Made by a program: the position numbers and the translations under genes | NCBI RefSeq assembly: GCF_000497125.1 | Contig: NC_090601.1 | Span: 248,001 to 312,000 of the forward strand | From: Spironucleus salmonicida | Taxonomy: Eukaryota | DNA: 64,000 nt | Direction: 5' to 3' | Notes under the pieces: generated by a model | Database searches by the model: none | Told to the model about the DNA's origin: nothing | Seen by the model: the letters and a program-made list of their open reading frames with translations, nothing else | Part shown: piece after piece, positions 25,962 to 36,731 of the stretch | Position numbering within the stretch: position 1 is the first letter of the stretch | Layout of the letters: the number at the start of each line of letters is the position of its first letter

Positions 25962-28439
25962 ATGACACATAGAAATATATTTTTTGCAGCAAACATCCAG
26001 AAATCAGGTCTGAAGACAAGCTGTCAATTCGCACAGTTCAAGATTATTCTAATAACCGACTGCAGCGTGTAGTACGAATCGAAATCGACCGTCCTAGCGA
26101 CCTCGAGCCCCACTTTTGCTATTGAAGTGAACTACCAGATTTCACCAAACGTGCCTGTTCTGATCTTGGAGCTTCTCACGCTCACGCAACAAAATGAGGC
26201 ATTCATCCCCGGAGAAATTGCGTATTACCACACCGCTGACACGATCAACTTCGAGCGCGAGGACATCCAGCGGCTCGAATTCGTCTCAAAAACTTCCAAA
26301 ATCGTAGCGGACATCACTATAACGCAGAAGACGTACCCGTATTTCGTACGGTTTCCGCTCATAGAGCTCAACTTCGATAGCGTGAAAATGAAACTCTCAA
26401 ACCTCTCTTTCCTGCAGTTTCTGGCACTGGAAGTGCAGTCTGCAGATGTCAAAATGCTCAAATTTTTCGGCTCCAAAACGTGGAATTCGCTCGAAAACCA
26501 GATCCCATTCTCCGTTGGCGTGCTGCTCAAAATCATTTTCGTCGTGAACATCCTAGGGCGACAGCATCGCATCACGCTCGTCTCGGTGCGAATCAGCACC
26601 AACATGGTCGATGCGATGAAGGGGCAGCTGTTTAACATCCAGGACATCTCGGTGAACCTGCCGCCGGAGTTCTACTTCCTGGTCGATTTAATGGCGTTCG
26701 CGCAGCTGAATGGCGAGGATACGGTCATCATAAATGATATAGCGTTTAAGCTGAGCAGTGTGAACTCGTTCGGAGCGCTGGAACGCTACTGTGTGGCCAA
26801 GGGAGCTAAAATTTCAGATCACAATTTAAGCTATTTCAACGGCTTTAAGTAGGCTTCTGAGCCGGAAAAAGCTGTTAAAAAGGTATATGACTAAGAAGTT
26901 CAGATGATCGACGACTTTATTCAGGTTATTCACTTTTATAAGCAATTGAGCTTCAGTGGGAGCGTTTTCGTATTTTTAGATGGCATTGTACACGAAAAAA
27001 CGGTTATGCAGTCATTTAAGGACTTGTAAAATAAATAAAAAGCTATTTGTATGATTTAGCCATTTACGGGATAACGGGATCATGCTTTTATCGTTCTGAA
27101 TAGGGGAAAAATCAACCCATAGGCCATAGTACAAACTACAGATGTGGGAACTGGTAATTTGGCGATTATAAAAATAAAAGATCCAGGAAATTACATTTAA
27201 ATATTTTCATCATGCAATTAACGAAATTTTACTAAGCTTTTTGTGAATAATCAAAAATCGTTGGTATCTAACTGGAAGGATATGAAGTTAAATTGTATGG
27301 TTTATGTCAGCGGAAGTAATTTCCGTGAGAAAGCTGTGATGGTGACCACGAAGCAGTTGCAGGCGAATGTGAACACGGGGTACGTCCAGCTGAAGGTGAT
27401 GCAGCATGTATGCATGAACGTGTTTCTACAGGACCAGGTATACGGGGAGAAGCACCAGGTCGGGCCGCCGCTGGTCTCTGAGGGGCTATTGAAGCTGAAG
27501 GCACGGGAGAACGCCAACTTCGACCCCGCAATGGAATTCAGCGGGATGGACCTGTCTCACATGGACCGCTACATCGAGTCGGCACTCGCACCGTTCGACG
27601 AGGGCTATGCGCATGACTACTTTGGTACCCGGGTGCGGAACCCCATCTTCGTGCAGCCAGCGCCCTTGCTGGCATCCTACATCGATATGCTGTGCACCAT
27701 CATCGAGAATGAGCGCCTAGAACAAATTCGCGTGGCGCAAGAGCGACGCGCTATGGAGGAGGCTGAGCGCGTGCGGATCCTCGCCGAGACGAAGGCCGCA
27801 GAGGAGCTGGAGCGGCAGCGCATTGCCGCGGAGGCCGCCGCTGCCGCCAGCAAGCTGACACCCGAGCAGGAGCGGGAGCAAGCCTTGACCAGCCGGAAGC
27901 AGGAGGCCTACGAGCGCAGGAAGGCGGAGGCCGAGCGGCTGGACCACCAGGTCCAGAAGTCCCTGGAGGACAAGCAGCGCCAGCTCGAGCTGGAGAAGGA
28001 GCTGCTCCAGATGAAGCTGGCCCTCAAGAAGGAGCGTAACCTCAAGTTCCAGCAGCAGTAGATTCAGTTCTCCATCAATACCAAGGGATACATCTACCAG
28101 AGCTTCTACAATGACGTCCAGCGCTCTGATGCGCCCGCGGTGGAGGTGCGACTGCCGCGCAAAGCCCACATACAGCCGGCAAGCTTGATTGTGGAGGTTA
28201 TGGAGCCCGAGATGAAGCTAGTCCAGAAGCAGGCGCCCATCCAGCCGCCTCCCAAGGCGGGAACGTTGGCACAGATCCGGAAAGCGGGCAGGTCGCGCAT
28301 CCTGTAGCCCGCCACCTCCTTCGTGGCGATTCCGGTGGGACAATCGCCTTAGACGCGGCGGTGTGTGAGCAGCATCGAGCAGATCCGGGCGCTGAGCCCC
28401 TACGGCATGAAGTCGCGCCCCCGAGTGGGCGTAATGTGA
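25962..28439 (+). CDS. Hypothetical protein with coiled-coil, 825 aa; 3' part lies in the left palindrome arm
   Basis: One frame joins ORF-track pieces 26127-26852 and 27243-28061 when TAR=Gln; ends at TGA 28437. Confidence 0.75.
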
Positions 28440-28588
28440 TTTGGATTTTGTTTGTAAACGCTGGTATATGTATTATTAGAAATTTCGTAAAAACCAAAAA
28501 CCTCCCTAACATACTTGTGCAGTATACCACAACAGTTCTGTTGTAACATCTGGACACTTCCAGGTTCCATTTACAACCCACTCTAAAA

Positions 28589-29131
28589 ATGATTTTCCTG
28601 GCACTGCAAACCTAGCAGACCGTTGCCATCGTCGGCACTGGATACAGCCTGCAGACAACCGTGAGCCTGCAGGACTCGAGGTTCCTGCTGGACCATCCGG
28701 TGAACCTGAACCTGAGCTTCATGGTCAGGAAGACCACCTGGGTTTTCCAGGCAACCGCAGTCATCGGCCCCGACGGGGTGGTGCACCATGAGTTCCTATG
28801 CGAGCAGGATCCATCTCTCGACGAGTGCGTCCGCATGATGCACCTGATGCAGACGGCGGAGTGCGTCATCGTTGTGGGGGTCTTCCAGAAGCTCACCGCC
28901 TAGTCGCTATTGATGGCATATTAATATGACTAGTCGCTGGCCTCCGCCAACTACAGCGTGCCAAGCTACGTCTGGATCATCGTGGCTGTCGTGGTCGCGG
29001 TCTTCGCGCTGGGTGTGCTGAGCTACTTCCTGAAGAAGAAGCAGACCCAGCTCACCAAGGAGCTGGGGGAGATCCAGCACCGGGTAGCGGAGCACAGGTC
29101 CATGATGGAACCCAAGGCCGTATACTTCTGA
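28589..29131 (+). CDS. Small type I membrane protein, 180 aa (copy 1)
   Basis: Starts MIFLALQ; TM segment YVWIIVAVVVAVFALGVLSYFL followed by KKK; stop TGA 29129. Confidence 0.7.
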
Positions 29132-29172
29132 CCCTGAGTGAGCATGCGCTGTCACCAACCGCTGGAGCGAAA

Positions 29173-30048
29173 ATGCACCCGTTTGAGGTACGCTGCGAGA
29201 ACTCACCTCTGGACTCCCTCCCGTTGGAGGGCACCGCCGGCGCCGAATCAATCACCAGCATTAACCTCGTTAACGTCCGGATCGGGCCCCTCGACCTGCG
29301 GCCCTTCCGATCCCTCGCGCGGCTCCGGGCCACCGGCAGTACGCTGACGATAGCAAGCAGCTTCCTCCCGTTCTCGTTGCAGGAAGTCGAGCTGGGACCC
29401 TGCGACCTGCGGTTCGTTGACTTCCGCTTGCTCGCGCGGCTGCGGGACTTCTCGTCGGAGGGTAACCCCGTTTTCGTGAAGGACGGTGCAGTACCAGCAG
29501 GGGTGGTATGTATGAGCATCCGGAGTGCCGGTACCGTGACTCTAGATCTGAGGGCTGCCGGATCCCTCGCGCATCTGGACCTTTCGAGCAACGAGGCTGT
29601 ATCTGTGCGGGCCGTGCCCCAGTCGCTGCGGAGTCTGGCGGTCTGCAACGTCGGATTACTTGGCATCGACCTGTCACACAGTCTGATCGAGGACCTGGAC
29701 CTCTCTGACACTGGCCTAACAGCACCCCCCTTCCTGCCGCAAACGCTTGTACGGATGAGGTGCTCCGGCACGGTACCGGGGCTGGTGGTGGCTGGTCAGC
29801 GCCACCTCCAGGAGCTGGACGTCTCCTACTCGGCGGACGTGCACCTGGACCTTCGGGCTTCCCGGAGGCTGCGGACCCTAAATATCGAGGGGGCAGAGGT
29901 GGAGTTTGCCCATGGACACATCCCAGGGAACCTGACCACACTGCTCCGCTACTTGGGCCGCGAGGAGGCCTTCGCACCCTCGACGGGCTTTGGGCATCTG
30001 ATGGAAATGCCGGACCTTTACCGGAGACTGGTGGCGAGAGGGAAGTGA
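29173..30048 (+). CDS. Leucine-rich repeat protein, 291 aa (copy 1)
   Basis: Repeated LxxLDLSxN/LxxLxI units (LAHLDLSSN, IEDLDLSDT, LQELDVSYS, LRTLNIEG); AGTGA end. Confidence 0.8.
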   Translation: MHPFEVRCENSPLDSLPLEGTAGAESITSINLVNVRIGPLDLRPFRSLARLRATGSTLTIASSFLPFSLQEVELGPCDLRFVDFRLLARLRDFSSEGNPVFVKDGAVPAGVVCMSIRSAGTVTLDLRAAGSLAHLDLSSNEAVSVRAVPQSLRSLAVCNVGLLGIDLSHSLIEDLDLSDTGLTAPPFLPQTLVRMRCSGTVPGLVVAGQRHLQELDVSYSADVHLDLRASRRLRTLNIEGAEVEFAHGHIPGNLTTLLRYLGREEAFAPSTGFGHLMEMPDLYRRLVARGK

Positions 30049-30057
30049 GAGCATTCG

Positions 30058-32487
30058 TCACATCGCGCTGAGCAGGTTCAGGTACACCTCCATCTCCTGC
30101 AGCGCCTTCGCCAACTCCCGCTTGCCGCTGACGATCGCGTTCGCCATCACTGCCTCGCGCCCGTGACCCTTCTGCACTGCAACCCCGCGGCGGCCAAACC
30201 CCTGGATGGCCTCCTCTTCCCAGCGGTCGTAGCTCTCAGCCCGCTGCTCGACTGGGGAGCGCTCTCCGTACCCATACTCCGCGACGATGCAGAGAACGTC
30301 GTTTTTGCTCACGCCGCCAACCTCAGCTGCGATCTTGATGGCTGTGAGCCACCCGAGTCCCGCGGTGCGCCGGAACGCATCCGCGATGATAAACTTGTTA
30401 TGCGTGTCAATGGCACGGGGGCGCAGGTGGAGGTACTTGGCCTGTATGCTCTGTCCGGCGCACTGGTAGCACACATCGCACAGGATCTGGGGCTGGTGCT
30501 CCGCTGGTTGCTGAGTCTATGCAAAGAAGTAGCAGAACTCCTTGAGGCTGGCGGAGCAGAAGCCGCAGGTGAAACCGAAGCGCGGTGGAAGCGGGCTCTC
30601 GCGGTATGGCTGGCTTGGGATGGTCTACTTGAGCACGAGGCGGTCATCGTTGATGAGCCGGTGGGCCCCCAGAAAGTCATACAACGCCCGTGCCCCACGG
30701 TAATCGAGGCCGAGGAACTCCAGGCATGGCGAGAAGCGCAGGTGGATGTGTGGCAGAGCACGGTATGTGCAGATTAGCAGGTTGCGGTCCATCAGGAACT
30801 GGTCCCAGTCCGGCGGCGGGCCACAGGTGGCGAAGAAGTCGCGCTCGAACTGGGATACACCGGCGGGTGAGAACCAGGTAGGGTCCTGCTGCAATAGTTT
30901 GCGGCGCTCGGCCTGCACCGGAGGGCGCAGGTACACGTCATCCTGCAGCTGGCGGGCGAACTTAGACTCCCCATAGGCGTAGCGTACGCTGGATCGGCCA
31001 AGCGGCTGCTCCTCCGCCAAGAGCTGGAAGGGCATGGGCTCGTTGTGGAGGATGGCGATGCTCTCGTTCACGTTGCAGGTGATGGTGAAGTCCAGCTTGC
31101 TGAAGTAGCGGATGTAGAAGTTGACGAGGTTCTCGTCCTTCTTGCCCCGCTTCGAGCTGTCGCGGTACACCCCCTACTGCTTTCCGCAGAAAGGTTGGCC
31201 CGCAAGCATGACCCCGCTGGTGCCGAGCACTGCGAGGTGGCTGTGCAGCTCCCCATTCTGATCGATGAATTGCTGCTGCTGGATGATCTGCTGGATGGGC
31301 ACGTTGCTCTGCCGGAAGCTCTGAGCGCGCACCAACCGCTCACGGTCGCCACCCATAAGCCGGCTGTTGTTGAGAATGCCGCCGTCCTGGTTGTAGCTCT
31401 CGAACCCGCGCACGATGTTGCGGGAAATCTGATGGCGGTTGGCTGGCTTGTTCTCGGCCTGGCGCATCTTGCACTGCCAGGCGTGGACGAACTTTTGCAG
31501 CTCCGACTGCTGCTAATTGATCTGGAACTCATCTGATTTCTTAGCCTTGCAAAACTTCGCCTGGATGCGCTCGATCTCCACCTCCTGCACGGACGTAAGG
31601 TAGTCATAGGGGTCCAGTAGCTGGTTGAAGAAGTGCGAGTCCTGCACGAAGCGCGGCGGGAGAATCAGCGCCTACTGCTGGATGCCTTGCCAGTATATGT
31701 CATCCATGAAATCGTCCAGCTCGCGCGTGTTGTTCCCCACCTGGCGCTGGCGCACGGCGAGGAAGTCCTTGATGTTCATCACGAAGTCAAACTCTGGCGG
31801 CGTGCAGCGCGCGTGGACCAGCGCGTTCTTGCGGTCGTCGGGCTTCTCCACCAGCCGCAGGAAATACTTGTTGGTCCGCAGCACGTCTACGAACTGGATC
31901 TACTTGCCTTGGCGGAGCGCCGCGAAGTCCTCGGATACCGGCGGCAGGAAGGTTTCGGCTCCGCGGAGGACGTAGGTCGCATCCTCAGGGAACTCGACCA
32001 CCTCACCGCGCAACTGCAGCACCTGGGAGGTGAGCTCCTGAACGGCGTCTGGCTCCAGGCCTACGAAGCAGAAAGAGTGGAGGGGGATCAGGTTGTGCTG
32101 CTCGAGCACAGCGTACACGCTCAGATACAGCCGCCGGAACTCGTCTGACGTGAGGTCGTCGATGCTGAGGGCCTGCTTCTAGAAGTGGTGGTAGAACCCG
32201 AATACCTCGGCGAGGATGAGCTGCAGCGCCCCGTCCTTCTCGGTGTCGAAGAACATGAAGCGAGAGAGCACAGGCGCAAAGCGGGTGGGCTGCTGGGCTT
32301 TGAATGACAGCAACAGCATCATGCGGTTGTAGAAGGCGAAGACGGTGTCCAGGCACAGCTAGGGCGTGAGCAGGTGCGCGATCTAGTGCAGATCAGTCTT
32401 GAGGTACTTCAGCACCTGGTTTACAGAAGATTTCAGGTAGGCGCTCCAGTCCTCGAAGGACACGTCCGTGATGAGGCGGATCGACAT
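30058..32487 (-). CDS. SWI/SNF subunit SMARCC/Swi3-like, 809 aa (copy 1)
   Basis: Mirror of 36732-39161; SWIRM domain followed by a ZZ-like zinc finger. Confidence 0.75.
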
Positions 32488-32529
32488 TCGGAGCGGGTGT
32501 AAATGCGGTCACCGCGTGGTTGTCCAAGC

Positions 32530-32730
32530 TCACTCCAGCCGCCCCAGCAGGCACCCTGGGACCACACGCTACCCTGCCGCCACGTGTATCTCCTTCAGGA
32601 TACCGCACTGCTTCGCGCTCACGACAATCTCCAGCTTGCTGCTCACGATCCGGAACAGCCGCGCCCCCAGTTCCACTTTGTCACCTTTTATTATTGAGCA
32701 TTTTATAATTATCAATTGTTTTGGTGGCAT
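32530..32730 (-). CDS. Candidate stand-alone biotinyl-carrier-like ORF, 66 aa, formed at the inner arm edge
   Basis: MPPKQLIIIKCSII is fused in frame to [23 protein letters not shown]...GRLE*, identical to the transcarboxylase C-terminus. Expression unknown. Confidence 0.35.
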
Positions 32731-33140
32731 TCAGAGTCAATCAAATCATAACACTATTCTATTCCATATGACTCATATTATTTTACTAAGAAAATTGTAT
32801 TAAATCACCATAAATTCAGATTTTAAATTATATTACTACTATTATTATAATATATTTTATCATCCCTAATAGCAGAATGTTTAATATTACAATAGCATTA
32901 AACATATGTATTTCACTTTAAATTGACTAATTGAAATTTTTAATATCTACACCTCATCACGTTCAATATCATAATCAAATCTCAGATTTCATGTAATATC
33001 ACCTAGCATCATGTTATCATGACAGTGTTAATTAATTTTGTTATTTATTTCTAGTATTTCTTTTAAACTCTAGTTCCACTTCCTATTAATCTTGTAGACA
33101 TATTAATACGTCTACAACCTTCATCTACAATTCCCAAAAA

Positions 33141-36100
33141 ATGACTGAACTATTTTCAACCATATCTTCACTTGACTTTCTATCTTTTAAGTTCCATTCT
33201 ATATCCTACTCGAAATAACTTAAAAATGCATAGAACAACACCAAATAACTTTGTGGAATTACAACATTTAAATATATAAACCATATTCGTTCTTCATTCA
33301 ATTTTAATTTCCTTGGTGGATCATTGGGTTGTGCTGAATGCCAGAAATTGGTCCTTTCTGTCCGCGAAGCTAAAAAACTAAAAATTCCATTCGTATTAGA
33401 AACAGCATCTGGTGGTATTAGAATGCAAGAGGGAGCTGCTGCTTTATAGGCGATGCCCATTTTATGTGCAATATTAAGCGATTTACGACGATCTAATCTC
33501 GTTATTTGTATCTGTGGAGATCCCACCTTTGGCGGAGTTAGTGCCAGCATTTTAAATGAAGCCGATCTCATAATTGGTATAGAAGGAGCACGTGTAGGGT
33601 TTGCAGGGCGTGACGTGGTTAAAAATACTATTTTTGCAGGAAATTAAGTTGAAATGGATAAAACACTATAAAATGGGTTTTAAACGAGCGAGAGATGCGC
33701 ATAACTGCGCTTTTTCGATTTTTTCATCAAAAAAGATAATCTAGAAAATTTATTAGATTGTATACTATAACTGCAAAATAATAAAATACACAAATTCAGT
33801 ACCTTAGAACGGGACTCAGCAGAAATTTTCAGTAGCTTCAATTTTAAAGAATGCCGCTGCCGCACGCGTCCCTTACCAATTGACTATGCAAGAAATATTT
33901 TCACTCTTAAAAGTTAGCTTTGCTCTGACGGTCAAATTCTGATTTTTATTGCCCAGATAGACAATTAAAACTGCATTTTGATACTTACACACAAAGATGA
34001 TCTAACCGATCCCATCAGCGGTCTTGGCACTCCAATGGGATACCGTGCTGCTGGAAAAGCAGTGCTATTTGCTGGTAAAATGAATCTGCCTGTTTTTACA
34101 ATAGTAGACACATCTGGAGCTCTTCCTAGTCCATCAGCAGAGGATTAAAATTAAGCGTAAGCTATAAGTCAGTGCTTGACAGATTTTGCAAGGACTGGAA
34201 GTTTCATCGCGTCAGTTATTACTGGGGAAGGTGGTAGTGGCGGTGCAATTGCAATTGCAGCAGGAAATGCAGTTGGTGCGATCGAGAAAAGTTTTTATAA
34301 CGTTATTAGTCCTGAAGGTGGGGTTAGTATTTTGGGACGTAGTGTGTATAATAACGAGATCTAGAAGCAGAAAGATAATTTTGAAAATGATTGTTTACTG
34401 CTAGCTGAGAGCTAAAAATGTTATCCTGGTGATTTAGTTCAGCTAGGTATCCTTGATGTGATCATTAAAGGGTGGGATATTGATGAAAATAGTGATAAGT
34501 GCACTAGAACAAGCGCCAGGATAAAAGACTTCTTCTTAATGCAGTGCGATAACTATAGAATCGAAATTGAGCAAGACTGGGCTCAAATGAGACTGGAGCG
34601 TAATATTCGAATATTGTAGTATACATAACATAATTATGTTGAATTTTCTCAAAGTATAGGATAAATTCCATTAAAATTGATCAAATCAGTAGAATCAGTA
34701 GAATATGATTTAAATTTTAAGAAGGTTATGAGTTTTATTGCAAAGAAAACAATTGAAAATAAAGATAAGATAATTAAGCTTCCGTCAATGGATATCTAAG
34801 GTGAGGAATACTAATAGCAAATTAATTAATAATTAACTGCTGGTTATATTCTTAATACGAAAGGTCCAAAATAGGTCGTGGAATATCTAAATAATAGCAA
34901 TACTTTTTTTATTACTGATACTACATTTAGAGATGCACATTAATCCATTTTGGCTACTAGACTGAGGACTAAGGAATTACTTTAGGCTGCATAAATTTTA
35001 AAAAATACTGGATTATTAGACATTTAAGATTCAAAATTCTTTTCCGTAGAATGCTGGGGAGGAGCTACTTTTGATACTGCATATCGTTACTTATAAGAAG
35101 ATCCATGGGAGAGACTTCGAAAATTTAAAGAAATTTTACCAAATACTCTAACACAAATGCTTATTCGCGGAAAAAATGCGGTAGGATATACATCATATCC
35201 TGATAATGTTATAGAATAATTCATTATAAAATCTGCAGAGAATGGACTTGATGTTTTTAGAATTTTTGATGCATTTAATGATTTAAATTAAATGAAAATT
35301 TCGGTTGAGACTGTAATTAATAAGACAAATAAAATCTGTGAAATATGTGTATGCTTTACAGGATTTGACGATATTTATAATATAGCATATTATGTAGAAA
35401 AAATAATTGAAATTCGTAATAGATGGCCTGATGTGCATATAATATGCTTAAAAGATATGGCTGGTTTACTAAGGCCAGAATTAGCATTTGAATTCTTTTC
35501 AAATTTAATTAATGTGGCTGAACCATGCCCAATTCACTTTCATACTCACGATACATCAGGCTTATAATCCGCTACTATTTTAGAAGCAATTAAAGCTGGT
35601 GTAAAAATAGTTGATCTAGCATCAAATGCATTTTCAGCTTTGAGTTCTCAACCCCCACTACAATCTATAATTTTTAATAAACTTAGCGCTTAAGATTAAT
35701 AAAAATTAGAATACTATGATTAATTCTGGTCTAGACTTCGTAAGTAGTATTAATTTGAAGAAAATTCTTTAAATGCACCATAATCAAATGTTTATAATCA
35801 TTAAATGCCAGGTGGATAAATCAGTAATCTATATCAATAATGTATATAAATGGGCTTAGAAGAAAAATGGGAATAGTGTATGATTAACTATTAGGAAAGT
35901 AATGAATTTTTCGGGAGAATAATAAAAGTTACCCCTAGTAGTAAAGTTGTAGGAGATTTAGCCTTGTTTATGACGTAAAAATAGATATAAAAATAGGATT
36001 TATATAGATAGTAAGATTTACCTGTTAGTGTAATCTAATTCATTCAAGGAGACCTAGGTTTTCCTCATAAAGGATTTCCTCAGTAGGTTATGAATATAGT

Positions 36101-36689
36101 TTAATAGTAAGTTTAGGAGTAAAAAGTCAATTTAGATTTTTAGAATATATAATAAGAAGTTTAGAAATATTGTGAGAATCCAAAGATGGAAGAAATATTA
36201 TCATACATTCTTTATCCAGATGTTTTTAAGAATTACTGTCATTAAGTTAAGATAAATGGTAAAATTGAACAGTTACCCGTTGAATAATTTTTATATGGAA
36301 TGCGTATAGGATAGTAAATTTAATACGAAAATTATACTATTTAATTGGTACGAATACATCCTCCCGAATTTGACTTTACTAGAAAATGTGAATTTCTGGT
36401 TAATAATAACATTTATTATGTAAATATTAAGTAAGAAACTTAAAAACCTTAAACGCTAAAAATGGTGACTGGGCATGGCAATGAAGTTGAATGCGATGTT
36501 TTGGGCATTGTTTAGGGAGTATATGCTCAAAAAGGTGACAAAGTGGAACTGGGGGCGCGGCTGTTCCGGATCGTGAGCAGCAAGCTGGAGATTGTCGTGA
36601 GCGCGAAGCAGTGCGGTATCCTGAAGGAGATACACGTGGCGGCAGGGTAGCGTGTGGTCCCAGGGTGCCTGCTGGGGCGGCTGGAGTGA
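33141..36689 (+). CDS. Acetyl-CoA carboxyltransferase/pyruvate carboxylase fusion (single-chain transcarboxylase), about 1182 aa
   Basis: AccD motifs ([25 protein letters not shown]); AccA motifs ([19 protein letters not shown]); PC carboxyltransferase motifs ([54 protein letters not shown]); C-terminal biotinyl domain. An in-frame upstream ATG at 32877 is an alternative start. Confidence 0.95.
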
Positions 36690-36731
36690 GCTTGGACAAC
36701 CACGCGGTGACCGCATTTACACCCGCTCCGA

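Larger units (their letters stand above)
27347..32689. repeat. Left arm of large inverted repeat (5343 bp, GC-rich)
   Basis: Position x pairs with 69219-x and the ORF track is mirrored; the only internal mismatch noticed is 28249/40970. Confidence 0.97.
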
